Source of the DNA: an uncultured Pseudomonadales bacterium
Lineage (GTDB): Bacteria; Patescibacteriota; Microgenomatia; UBA1400; PJMF01
Length of the DNA: 64,000 bases
Direction: 5' to 3'
Assembly: GCA_964607285.1 (NCBI GenBank)
Contig: CAZSJW010000001.1
Span: 2,514 to 66,513, forward strand
Part shown: positions 44,887 to 54,269 of the stretch, in pieces
How positions within the stretch are numbered: the stretch's first letter is position 1
Layout: the number at the start of each line of letters is the position of its first letter
Program-made: the position numbers and the translations under genes
Notes under the pieces: model-generated
What the model was told of the DNA's origin: nothing
The model's input: only the letters and a program-made list of their open reading frames with translations
Databases searched by the model: none

Positions 44887-46157
44887 AACCGATATTCCTA
44901 AGTTTGGGTTCAAACTATTCACTTTCATATGCGTACACTGCGTTACTGCAACTAGTTCGCCCTAACCTGGCAGCACTCGCGCAAGCTGGTCGTGAAATCG
45001 AACAGCTCTTTGGTGGTCGCCCAGTATTTTACTACAAGGGCCGTGATGCTATTGAGCAGGCACTTCTAGCAATTCAACGAAAGCACACTCAAAAACTTAC
45101 AGTCTTTACTCAGGCAGCTAGTTGTTATGCAATTGAGGAAGCGATTACAAGAGCAGGAGCGCAACCAGTCTATGTGGATGTTGGCAAGCACAAGTTGAAC
45201 ATGACAGTAAAAACTTTGGAAGCCACCTATGTGCAGAGTGGTAGACCAAGGAATGCAGTCGTCATAGTGCAACACTTGTTGGGTTATCCTGCAGATATGG
45301 TTAGGCTACAAGAGTGGTGTCAGCAAAACTCTGTGCTTTTAATCGAAGATGTAGCGCAATCGTTTGGTGCACTGTCTAGTGAAAGTGCAATGGTTGGAAC
45401 ATATGGAGATGTTGTTGTTGGTTCATTTGGCCGTGATAAAGTGCTTGATTGTGTCAATGGAGGATTTACATTAGTGCGCAATCAAAAGTGTTCACCTCAA
45501 AGTAAAGAGCTTAAGAACCTTGTGAGTTCACGTCAGTTGTTTCTTAATTTACTGTATCCCGTTGTAACAGTATTAATCAGGAATTTGTATGGTTTTTTTG
45601 GCCTTGGAAGAGTGATCTTTTATATTGCTAAGCAAGTAGGTGTGCTTCGCTCTCCTATTCCATCACCGTTGCCAGTGAGCAGTGCCTTACCTGCGGAGTT
45701 TGGTCAGTTACTGAAAAATCAGATGAGTGATTTGTCCGCACAACTTGCACATCGCAGACAGATTGCACAAATGTACTTCTCACAACTGTCAGCATGGATT
45801 TCGGTACTGCATATTTCGGAGCGCATGTTGACAAAAGCAGCTTGTTTACGGGTCCCAGTGTTTGTTCCAGATGTTCACGCATTCATTCTTTTTTTGAGAT
45901 CCCACAATATTCATGGTAGTGATAGATGGTATAGGTCTGCTGTAGATATGGGCACATTTTCATTTCCCACTGTGTATCAGGCAGGAAGTTGTCCAAATGC
46001 TGAGTTTCTGACTAAGCATCTTTGTAATTTGCCAACACACAGAGCGATCAGTGTGGCTCAGGCTGAGGAATTGGCGCGTCTCACGAGATCATTCTTAAGC
46101 AGACCAGAAGTGCTTCTTTGGTATAAAGAAGCGTTGCAACAGGATATAGCACTATGA
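44883..46157 (+). CDS. DegT/DnrJ/EryC1/StrS-like PLP-dependent enzyme
   Basis: LIEDVAQSFGA and GSFGRDKVL (putative PLP Lys) blocks. Overlaps both neighbours by 4 nt. Confidence 0.65.
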   Translation: MKPIFLSLGSNYSLSYAYTALLQLVRPNLAALAQAGREIEQLFGGRPVFYYKGRDAIEQALLAIQRKHTQKLTVFTQAASCYAIEEAITRAGAQPVYVDVGKHKLNMTVKTLEATYVQSGRPRNAVVIVQHLLGYPADMVRLQEWCQQNSVLLIEDVAQSFGALSSESAMVGTYGDVVVGSFGRDKVLDCVNGGFTLVRNQKCSPQSKELKNLVSSRQLFLNLLYPVVTVLIRNLYGFFGLGRVIFYIAKQVGVLRSPIPSPLPVSSALPAEFGQLLKNQMSDLSAQLAHRRQIAQMYFSQLSAWISVLHISERMLTKAACLRVPVFVPDVHAFILFLRSHNIHGSDRWYRSAVDMGTFSFPTVYQAGSCPNAEFLTKHLCNLPTHRAISVAQAEELARLTRSFLSRPEVLLWYKEALQQDIAL

Positions 46158-47188
46158 CACCCACTGGACTAATTGTTGCCTTAGAAACTTCTCAAGATGT
46201 ATGGGAACAAGCAGTATCTCTCTTTCCAGAGGCAAATTTTTTGCAATCTTGGAACTGGGGTGTATTTGAAGAACGCTTAGGCAAACAAGTGTTTCGATTG
46301 AAAGTCACCCACGATGGTGTCTTTGTTGGATTATGCCAAGCGGTATATGAGCCTGCTCGACGTGGCTCGTATTTGGCGGTTGCAGGTGGACCACTTTGTG
46401 ATTGGGTACAATCCCCCCAAGTACTTGCAGAAATGATTTCAGAGTTGAAGCGGATAGGTAGGGAGTTGGGATGCGTTTTCATCAGACTACGTCCACAACA
46501 AATTAACTCGCCAGCAATTGTAGCTGTCGCAGAGCGTTTAGGTTTACACAAAGCACCTATGCATCTTACGGCTGATCTGACACTGCAGCTGGATTTGACT
46601 CAGACTCTCGAAGAAATACTGAGTGCAATGCGTAAAAATACTCGCGCAGCTATTAGAAAAGCAGAGAGTATGGGAATAACTGTAAACCAAACTATGGACC
46701 CTGCTGCAATTCATAATTTTTACACTGAGCAAGTACAAGTAGCTCGCCGACACAGGTTTGTACCCTTTACAGAAAAATTTCTCACAGAACAGTTCTCAGC
46801 GTTTGCACAAGATCATCAGGTAGCATTATTTCAGTCATATAGCGGTGCAGATCAGCTAGCTGCCGCGTTTGTTATATTTTACAACGGGGAAGCGGTGTAT
46901 CACTACGGTGTTTCAACCGAAGCAAATGCTAAGTTGCCTGGGAGTTATGCCTGCCAATGGGCGGCAATCCAAGAAGCAAAGCTGCGTGGATGTACGCGCT
47001 ATAACTTTTGGGGAATTGCTCCTGAAGAAGAAAGACAACATCGATTTGCAGGTGTTTCATTATTTAAGCGGGGTTTTGGCGGCCAGGAAGTAGCTTACTT
47101 ACCAGCAAGGGACATAGCACTGTCGTGGAAATACCAGGGTACGTATTGGTTTGAGAGAGTTCGCAGCAAGCTGAGGAAACTTGACTAA
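46154..47188 (+). CDS. FemAB/MurM-family peptidoglycan aminoacyltransferase-like protein
   Basis: FLQSWNWGVFEERLG, MRKNTRAAIRKAE, YHYGVSTE, QWAAIQEAKLRGCTRYNFWGI resemble FemX/MurM family blocks. Confidence 0.75.
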   Translation: MTPTGLIVALETSQDVWEQAVSLFPEANFLQSWNWGVFEERLGKQVFRLKVTHDGVFVGLCQAVYEPARRGSYLAVAGGPLCDWVQSPQVLAEMISELKRIGRELGCVFIRLRPQQINSPAIVAVAERLGLHKAPMHLTADLTLQLDLTQTLEEILSAMRKNTRAAIRKAESMGITVNQTMDPAAIHNFYTEQVQVARRHRFVPFTEKFLTEQFSAFAQDHQVALFQSYSGADQLAAAFVIFYNGEAVYHYGVSTEANAKLPGSYACQWAAIQEAKLRGCTRYNFWGIAPEEERQHRFAGVSLFKRGFGGQEVAYLPARDIALSWKYQGTYWFERVRSKLRKLD

Positions 47189-48592
47189 TTACATTCTCTC
47201 TATAGCATAGGTTTCTAAATACTTCATGAAAATTGCTGGTGAGTCTTCCAGGAAAAACTGTTGGAATTCTTGATATGTTTCAGTCCGTTCTTGTTGATTG
47301 AAGCTCTGCCTACCTTTTTCTAACAGATTGTCTATACGAATGTTTTTATAGCCCGTAAAATTTGTGCTCTGTTCAGAATGCCACAGAGCGTATTGATCTG
47401 GATCAGAAGGTGATTCTTGGCCAACAAGCAAGACCTCAAATGAGCTAACGTCAGGAAAACTCGCAATTCGCACTTGAACGGCTATGTCCAAATTGCCGCA
47501 ATCCGCCTTATTTTCTACTTTTGAGTCAGATTGACACGTAGTGACTGCCTTATCTCCGATTGCTTCCCACTGTGTTTTTATAGCCTCTGCCTGGGCTGCG
47601 AAGAGGGTCGTGGTAGTGAGTTCAAATTGCAATGGTTTTCCTGGAATTGGGTCCATCAGACGTTCAACTGCCCGATCAGGATCTTTGTCATAAGATTTTA
47701 TACTTTCTAAGTACGCCCAGGAGTCCACACTGATTGGTCCCAATGCTCGAACATCACTAGCGGGCTTATCCAGCGCATAGGCTAATCCTTGTCTAATATT
47801 TTTTTGAAATTGTGAGTTTCTAATGTTGAAAAAAACTGCTAGATATCGGTCTGTGTGGAGGGTTGGGGTAACAGAAACAGTAGGCCACTGAAAGATATCA
47901 TGTTTTCTCTGTAAGTCAGGAATTGCATCAATCTCTCCCATTTTAAATGCGGTAACAGCATCTTCTTCTGTCAGGTAAAAGCGGTATATGTGTCTTGTGT
48001 CAGGACCGTCTATTGTGATTTGTTTTAATTTTGTGCCTTGCGTACTGTAGTTGGTAATTTTATTTTCGCCTAAGCCAACTTTATTTTGCCTGGTGAAAAA
48101 CCAAAATCGTGGTTCTGAAACTGTGCGAAACACTGGCTGAGACACCAAAGTTGGAAATGGTGCGTATGCGTCTGGTAGTTTGAAAACAATGTCATTCGGA
48201 GTGAGAATTGTTTCAACGTCCTTGAAAGCGTACTGTAAATCAGAGGGTTCCAGTGGTTTTCCATCATTCCAAAACAGGTTCTGTTTGAGCACAAAGCGAT
48301 ATGTTTTTCCATCATTTTCTACTGTCCACCGCTCTGCAAGTGCAGGAACTGTGGAGCCATCAGGTTCAATAGTAGTTAGCCCAACACTGAGTCGATTTGT
48401 AATGACACTTGGCAATGTGTCCAAGGTATATTCACCAACTATGCCGATATACTTGCGCTGACCTTTTTCTAGATTTGAAACAAATGCGGGCAGGAATAAT
48501 GAAAAAAGAACAATTGCGCTAACAAGCGATAGAGTAAAAACTAAACCATGTTTTTTTATGTAAGCAGTAAGATACCAATAAAATTTACGCAT
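47189..48592 (-). CDS. ABC transporter substrate-binding protein, family 5 (peptide/nickel type), TM-anchored
   Basis: 467 aa, N-terminal TM. SBP_bac_5-like blocks ALAERWTVENDGKTYRFVLK and FTGYKNIRIDNLLEKGR. No cognate permease or ATPase nearby. Confidence 0.75.
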   Translation of the reverse strand: MRKFYWYLTAYIKKHGLVFTLSLVSAIVLFSLFLPAFVSNLEKGQRKYIGIVGEYTLDTLPSVITNRLSVGLTTIEPDGSTVPALAERWTVENDGKTYRFVLKQNLFWNDGKPLEPSDLQYAFKDVETILTPNDIVFKLPDAYAPFPTLVSQPVFRTVSEPRFWFFTRQNKVGLGENKITNYSTQGTKLKQITIDGPDTRHIYRFYLTEEDAVTAFKMGEIDAIPDLQRKHDIFQWPTVSVTPTLHTDRYLAVFFNIRNSQFQKNIRQGLAYALDKPASDVRALGPISVDSWAYLESIKSYDKDPDRAVERLMDPIPGKPLQFELTTTTLFAAQAEAIKTQWEAIGDKAVTTCQSDSKVENKADCGNLDIAVQVRIASFPDVSSFEVLLVGQESPSDPDQYALWHSEQSTNFTGYKNIRIDNLLEKGRQSFNQQERTETYQEFQQFFLEDSPAIFMKYLETYAIERM

Positions 48593-48624
48593 GATTACTC
48601 ACAAGTATAGTGCCAGCAATATGC

Positions 48625-48840
48625 TTAAAGCACTAATAAGCCAACTGAAGTCAAAGTAAACAAAAACACGCTTGCTATAGTTAGGTAGAACACAATTTTC
48701 TCTAATCCTCTTCGGGTGTGATAGGTTTCTCCACCACCGCCCGCACCAACTCCAAATCCACCGCCTTGAGACTGCAATAGAATAGTTGTGATGATAGAGA
48801 CTGCTAGTACAATGTGAACGATTAGTAATGCTGTATGCAT
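48625..48840 (-). CDS. secG: Preprotein translocase subunit SecG
   Basis: 71 aa, two TMs. LLQSQGGGFG Gly-rich loop typical of SecG. Confidence 0.85.
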   Translation of the reverse strand: MHTALLIVHIVLAVSIITTILLQSQGGGFGVGAGGGGETYHTRRGLEKIVFYLTIASVFLFTLTSVGLLVL

Positions 48841-48877
48841 AGTGTCATTTTATCATGAGCTGCGCCAGGTGAGCTAC

Positions 48878-50503
48878 CTAGTTTGCTACCTCTTGATTTC
48901 TAGTCTCACGAATGACTGTTACCGTAACTGTGCCTGGATAAGTCATTTTTTCCTTGATTTCATCACGGATTTTCAAGCTTAGTACTTTGACGTCATCATC
49001 TTTGGATTTTTCAGCTTCCAGAAGTACACGGACCTCTCTTCCTGCTTGGATTGCATATGCTTGTTTCACACTCTCGTACTTTGTAGCAATTTCTTCTAAC
49101 TGTTGCAGGCGTTTTACGTACTCATCATAGTTTTCATATCTTGCACCTGGCCTGGCACCTGAAATTGCGTCTGCAATGTATACAACCATTTGTTCTGGTC
49201 CAGTAAATGGCTCGTCTTCATGGTGCTGAGCGATACAGTCAATAACGGGCTGTGGAATATTGAAACGTTTGGCAATTTTTACCCCAAGTTCAACGTGACT
49301 ACCTTCTGCCTCATCTGACACCTTACCAATGTCATGGAGCAAGCAGCCAAGTTTGACGGTATTGACGTTTAGTTTAAGCTCACTAGCAAGTTTCATACCG
49401 ATCTTAGTTTCTTCTAGGGTATGTGCAATTAAATTTTGACCGTATGAAAAACGATATTTAAACTTACCGAGCATGCGCATGAGATCGACAGGTAGGTTGT
49501 AGACACCAACTTCATGACACAGTTTTTTGCCTTCCTCCATCATGACTTTACCAAGCTCCGATTCGACTTTTGCAACCACTTCTTCTATACGTGTAGGTTG
49601 AATTCGACCGTCTTTGACTAATCTCTCGAGTGAAATACGAGCAATTTCTCTGCGAACGGGATCAAAACATGAGAGACGGACCTCTGTGGGAGACATATCC
49701 AGATCAACATCTACACCCGTGCGATGTTCAAAAGCATTGATATTTCGACCAGATTTACCAATAATCTTACCTTTAGTATCCTCGGATGGCAGTGTGACCA
49801 CAGATACGGTGTACTCAGGGACATAGTCATTAGCACCATGTTTCATTGCATCTACAATTATGTCTTGGACTTTTTCAGCAGCTTCGGCTTTAGCTTCTTC
49901 TTCCTTTTGGCGAATGAACTGCGCCATCTCTTTGCTTAAGTTTTGCTCTAGGTTATCAAGGAGTAGCTGTTTGGCTTCATCCTTTGTGAATCCTGACACT
50001 TCCTCAAGTTTGTCGAGTGACTTTTGTTTAATTTCTTCAAGTTGTGCGCGGAGATCCCGAGCTTTTTCTCTTTCGGCATCTAGTGCTCTCTCTCGCTCAT
50101 CCATTTGGTTGAGGCGCTGATCAATCTTGTCGATTTTTGTCTCTAGGGAATTCTGTTGTGTTTCAAGTTGTCTGGTGAGCTCTCTTGTTTCACGCTCAGC
50201 TTTGCTGCGAATTGCCAATGCCTCAGCTTTAGCCTCTACAACAATTTCACGAGCTTTTGCTTGTGCTTCTTGTTCTTGTTTTTCTAACTTCTCTTGAGCG
50301 ATTTTTAGTTGCTGAAGTTGTTGTTGTGTGCGTCTTTTGTCTTTTTCAGGTCTGTGCTTACCTGCGTGTTTGGTTGGTTGTGCAGGTATTGGGGTAGCAC
50401 CAGGCTGTTTGGGGCGAACTACTCCTTGTACAACGGGTTTGGCACTGGTTCTTTTTGCAGGCTGCTGGCCAAATAAGTTTGATAAGTTGCTAAATAATGA
50501 CAT
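48878..50503 (-). CDS. rny: Ribonuclease Y (KH + HD domains) lacking an N-terminal TM helix
   Basis: ATG at 50503 with SD AGGAG. Coiled coil, KH GKIIGKSGRNI, HD LLHDIGK...HH, C-terminus GTVTVTVIRETR. Confidence 0.9.
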   Translation of the reverse strand: MSLFSNLSNLFGQQPAKRTSAKPVVQGVVRPKQPGATPIPAQPTKHAGKHRPEKDKRRTQQQLQQLKIAQEKLEKQEQEAQAKAREIVVEAKAEALAIRSKAERETRELTRQLETQQNSLETKIDKIDQRLNQMDERERALDAEREKARDLRAQLEEIKQKSLDKLEEVSGFTKDEAKQLLLDNLEQNLSKEMAQFIRQKEEEAKAEAAEKVQDIIVDAMKHGANDYVPEYTVSVVTLPSEDTKGKIIGKSGRNINAFEHRTGVDVDLDMSPTEVRLSCFDPVRREIARISLERLVKDGRIQPTRIEEVVAKVESELGKVMMEEGKKLCHEVGVYNLPVDLMRMLGKFKYRFSYGQNLIAHTLEETKIGMKLASELKLNVNTVKLGCLLHDIGKVSDEAEGSHVELGVKIAKRFNIPQPVIDCIAQHHEDEPFTGPEQMVVYIADAISGARPGARYENYDEYVKRLQQLEEIATKYESVKQAYAIQAGREVRVLLEAEKSKDDDVKVLSLKIRDEIKEKMTYPGTVTVTVIRETRNQEVAN

Positions 50504-50808
50504 GGTTCTCCTAACAGTGCTAACTTTGTATATACGAACACAAAGTAAAAACACAGCATTGACTATAAGCTGTCCAATTGGTACGAGAGGAGAAGTGTGC
50601 GCGGTATGCTACGTTTTCGGTAGTTCTCGCACATGGAGACTAACGAATTACGTGCGTAGCAAAAAATGAATAATATGTGTGCTACTGGTACGAGTCATAG
50701 TTTTTATATACTTGTATGTACGCTTGTTCGTTTTGTCTGGCCCTCCTCAAGAAAGCCATTCAGACATTGTCCACATTGTACTCGCTAAAGCTAGAAACGT
50801 CAATGTGA

Positions 50809-51879
50809 TTACACTTTGATTTGGTTTGTAGCTTTTACTGCGTCCCAGATCTGTTTTTGGATTTTCTTCAGAACATCTGTGTGTTCAGTTAGATATGCTT
50901 TTGTTGCTTCTCTACCTTGAGCCATGACTTCACCTTCGTACTTGTAGAAACTGCCACTTTTTTGGATGATGTTGTGCTGGCTACCGATATCTACAATGTC
51001 TCCAGTGAGTGAGATGCCATTGTCATCCATGTCAAACTCGGCCTCTTGGAATGGTGGTGCAACTTTGTTTTTCTTGACTTTGACTTTATGGCGACTACCT
51101 ACAATTTTGTCACCTTCCTGGATGTTGCCAATTTTTCTGACATCTAGGCGTTGTGAGGCATAAAACTTGAGAGCGTTACCCCCTGTGGTGGTTTCGGGAT
51201 TGCCAAACATAACACCAATTTTGTGGCGAATTTGGTTGGTGAAGATGACCAAAGTTTTTGTTCGGTTGATGGCGGCTGTAAGTTTTCGCATAGCCTGGGA
51301 CATAAGTCTAGCTTGGACACCCATTTGTGCATCGCCCATGTCACCTTCAATTTCTGATTTTGGCACTAGGGCTGCGACTGAGTCTATAACTACGATATCC
51401 ACTCCACCTGACCTTATGAGGGTTTCAGCTATTTCTAGCGCCTGTTCGCCGTAGTCAGGTTGAGAGATGAGGAGTTCCTCTAGTTTGACACCAATTTTGT
51501 GCGCGCGTTGTGGATCCAGTGCGTGTTCTACATCTACAAACGCTGCCACACCACCTTCTTTTTGGACATTTGCAATAGCGTGTAAGCAGAGTGTGGTTTT
51601 GCCTGATGCCTCTGGGCCATAAATCTCAATAATACGACCTTTTGGATAACCACCAACTCCTAGTGCAAGATCGATCGCAAGCGATCCACTTTGAATGACA
51701 GGCATAGATGCCATGTTTTTGAGTGACTCACCCATGCGCATGATTGAGCCTTTGCCGAAATCTTTTTCAATTTGCTGCATAGCAATATTCACTGCTTGTA
51801 GTCGGGCTGATTTCTCTGAATTTGGAGCACTGGCCTCTGGTGCAGTTGTTTTTTGATTTGGCTTTGCGGTTGCTATCAT
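50809..51879 (-). CDS. recA: Recombinase RecA
   Basis: ATG at 51879 with [21 protein letters not shown], Walker [49 protein letters not shown]. Confidence 0.95.
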   Translation of the reverse strand: MIATAKPNQKTTAPEASAPNSEKSARLQAVNIAMQQIEKDFGKGSIMRMGESLKNMASMPVIQSGSLAIDLALGVGGYPKGRIIEIYGPEASGKTTLCLHAIANVQKEGGVAAFVDVEHALDPQRAHKIGVKLEELLISQPDYGEQALEIAETLIRSGGVDIVVIDSVAALVPKSEIEGDMGDAQMGVQARLMSQAMRKLTAAINRTKTLVIFTNQIRHKIGVMFGNPETTTGGNALKFYASQRLDVRKIGNIQEGDKIVGSRHKVKVKKNKVAPPFQEAEFDMDDNGISLTGDIVDIGSQHNIIQKSGSFYKYEGEVMAQGREATKAYLTEHTDVLKKIQKQIWDAVKATNQIKV

Positions 51880-52096
51880 ATGATGACCTCTTGCACTAAT
51901 TTGTACGAATATGTGACCATGTCTGGCTGTACAATACAGGATCGAACCAGCATCTGACAAGTGTCAGGTTTTGGGTTTTCTTCTCACTCTGTATTGCCAG
52001 AGTCTGCTGTGTACCTTGCGTATCACTGAGGGTATAATAGGGCTCGTTCCTGACAAAAACTGTAGAGTTTTCGAGGCAGTTTAGTGAGAAACAAAT

Positions 52097-52170
52097 CGGG
52101 GAGTAGTTCAGATGGCTAGAATGCTCGCATGGGGTGCGAGTGGTCGCAGGTTCGAGTCCTGTCTCCCCGA
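52097..52170 (+). tRNA. tRNA-Pro (anticodon GGG)
   Basis: Hand-folded cloverleaf. Acceptor CGGGGAG/CTCCCCG, D-arm with GG, anticodon stem CTCGC/GCGAG, loop AT-GGG-GT, 5-nt variable loop, T-arm GCAGG-TTCGAGT-CCTGT, discriminator A. CCA not encoded. Confidence 0.9.
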
Positions 52171-53831
52171 CATTCAAGGACAGAGGGTAGTTTTGCAATG
52201 GTTTCGAACTTAGGATTCCATTGGTGAGTCAATACTTTTTTGTCCTTTATAGTGAAGTTCAAAAAGACCATTCGAATGATACTGTCTGTTGCTAGGTGAT
52301 TATCGCTTGTTTTCAGAGTAGAAACGATGTTTTTGATAAAGTTCGAAAAGTCTGTGTAAGACATCACTTTTTCTTTGAGTAAAGATTGAGCATCAACTCG
52401 CTGGCTCTTTACCTGTGCCAGTTTAGCTTCTAATTGCTCGATTTCATCCCTGGCTTGGAGTATTTTTTCTCTTGCTACCTTGATTGACTTGTCATCACCC
52501 TCAAGTCTCACCACGATAAGCTGTTGGTCTGAAATAATTGTTTCCAGGTCGTTTATTTGTTTGGAAATAGAGCGTTGGTCGCTTTCCAACTCTTTGGCAG
52601 AGCTAACTAATTGGCGTTTGGCATCTGCCACGTACTGGTTGTAGGCTTTTTCGTCTATACCGATGCCACCTGCTAATACCTCATAAACATACTCAAAAAT
52701 AACTTTTGCCCTGATTTCTCGTAAACCCTTCACCTTGTGAGAATAACAACCGCCAGTGGAACACTTTATTCGTAGATAAGTGATAAGTGACTCTGGTTTA
52801 TTTTTATTGAGATATGTTGTCATCAGGTTACCGCAGTACCCACACACCACCATCTGGTCTAGCAGTGGAGTTGCTTTGTCCTGAGCCTTCTTATAGCCCC
52901 TTTTACCGTCCAGAATGTTTCGCAAGCGTAAGTAGTCCAGATATGACATCGCAGGTGTAAATAAGTGGTCGAACTTAGTCAGGTCAACCATATTTTTTCC
53001 ATACACGTAGTAGCCAGTATAGGAGGGGTCGAGAAACATTGCTGAGACGAGTTGTTTCGTCATCCTGGTTTTTTCGCCATTTTGACTGTAGTTGTTTTCA
53101 TTGAGGTACGATGCAATCACATCTTGTGATTTGCCTTCGATACCCATCTGAAACGCTTGCTGGATGAGTTCAAAGTTTTTCCCATCTTTACGTTGGCGTT
53201 TATTGATTACTTTGTAACCTCGCAGAGCCTTGTTGCCGATGGCTTTGCCTTCACCGATAATGTTTTCATTGCCTCTTGAAACGTTTATGGAGAGGTTATC
53301 ACTGTAGGCTTTGGCGAGTAGAAACTGTAAGCCAAGGGTCATCAGTCCATTCGGGTCACGCTGAAAAGAAAACTGTGGAAACTTGAGGTCTTTGATAATA
53401 CCTCGGTCGATTAGGTCAATAATCTCACCTGCATCCTTCATATTTCTCCCAAGGCGGTCTGGATGCCAGCAGATGATAGCGTTATACGATTTCTTAGACT
53501 TGATTTCGTCCATCATTTCTTCAAATACCTCACGGTTAGCCGATTTTCGGGCTGATTTTTCTTCCTTGAGAACATCTACCACCTTCAAACCCTCACGCTT
53601 GGCTAGAGCTTTACTGTCTTTGATTTGGTCTGGAATGGAGCGTTCTTGACGTTCTACTTGCTTGCCATCTTGGTTTTTCTTTTTACCCTTAGTAGATTTA
53701 CGAGCGTAAATGACATACACAGGTGGCTTGTCATCAGGGAGTGGTTTTCCCGCCTTTTCTAAGCGGTCAAAAACGATGCTTTGAGCTATTTCAAAGACTT
53801 GCTGTTTATATTCTGCATTGGTGTCTGGCAT
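52116..53831 (-). CDS. Large serine recombinase (phage-integrase type)
   Basis: N-terminal resolvase domain VIYARKSTKG...SIPDQ...DRLGRN. Recombinase domain. Zn-ribbon CGYCGN...KCSTGGC. Coiled coil. The last ~18 codons run antisense through the 3' part of tRNA-Pro. Confidence 0.88.
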   Translation of the reverse strand: MPDTNAEYKQQVFEIAQSIVFDRLEKAGKPLPDDKPPVYVIYARKSTKGKKKNQDGKQVERQERSIPDQIKDSKALAKREGLKVVDVLKEEKSARKSANREVFEEMMDEIKSKKSYNAIICWHPDRLGRNMKDAGEIIDLIDRGIIKDLKFPQFSFQRDPNGLMTLGLQFLLAKAYSDNLSINVSRGNENIIGEGKAIGNKALRGYKVINKRQRKDGKNFELIQQAFQMGIEGKSQDVIASYLNENNYSQNGEKTRMTKQLVSAMFLDPSYTGYYVYGKNMVDLTKFDHLFTPAMSYLDYLRLRNILDGKRGYKKAQDKATPLLDQMVVCGYCGNLMTTYLNKNKPESLITYLRIKCSTGGCYSHKVKGLREIRAKVIFEYVYEVLAGGIGIDEKAYNQYVADAKRQLVSSAKELESDQRSISKQINDLETIISDQQLIVVRLEGDDKSIKVAREKILQARDEIEQLEAKLAQVKSQRVDAQSLLKEKVMSYTDFSNFIKNIVSTLKTSDNHLATDSIIRMVFLNFTIKDKKVLTHQWNPKFETIAKLPSVLECRGDRTRTCDHSHPMRAF

Positions 53832-53881
53832 TATTTTTATCTCTTGAGTTATCTACCAGTATTATAGCTTTAGATACAAAA

Positions 53882-53904
53882 AGAGCCGAGGGTGAGTCGG
53901 CTCT
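53882..53904. terminator. Hairpin AGAGCCGA-N7-TCGGCTCT just upstream of the recombinase gene
   Basis: 8-bp perfect stem flanked by an A-run on the left and a T-rich run on the right. Could terminate in either direction. Confidence 0.4.
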
Positions 53905-54269
53905 TTACTTTGCTGTGTTCTAGCCTTTAGGATTTACTTGTCATTGACAGCAACCTTTTGTTTGACGCCTGGCTAAGCTTCATCTCTAAATCTGCATTTT
54001 GTTGCCAGTTTGTGCGGTCTTCAAAATTGATTGGCGCTAAAAGCTTATCAGAATATGCCTTAGCTTCTGGAGTTCTAACACCATCAACCACTGGCTCTTG
54101 ACCTGTTTCTTCAAAATATAATTGGTCTGCTCCAGAGGAAGGTTTTGATGACTTTGATCAAGCGGCTGCTCATTATCATTCTGTTGGGAACTTTATTGTT
54201 GTATTTGTTAATAGTTTCGATGACACGGATGTAGACTCATATGTTGCTTGCACAAGACTTCGACACGAA

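Noticed and set aside
50555-50808. Possible ncRNA or tRNA in the recA-rny intergenic region (repeated CTCGTACCA, imperfect palindrome GTGCGCGG..CTCGCAC).
   Set aside because: No cloverleaf or recognisable RNA family motif, and only weak imperfect stems. It is most simply the recA terminator region plus the rny promoter and leader.
51925-51975. tRNA-like fragment on the minus strand (GCTGGTTCGATCCTGT resembles the T-arm of the nearby tRNA-Pro).
   Set aside because: It cannot be folded into a cloverleaf: the T-stem does not pair, there is no anticodon arm with a 7-nt loop, and there is no acceptor stem. It is also in inverted orientation, so it is not a direct-repeat att scar. It may be chance similarity or a very old remnant.
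54099-54101. In-frame TGA upstream of the HEMNH ORF as evidence for UGA recoding (alternative genetic code) in the element.
   Set aside because: The host encodes RF2 and uses TGA as a stop in conserved genes. A single in-frame TGA is more simply a disruption or a non-coding upstream region.
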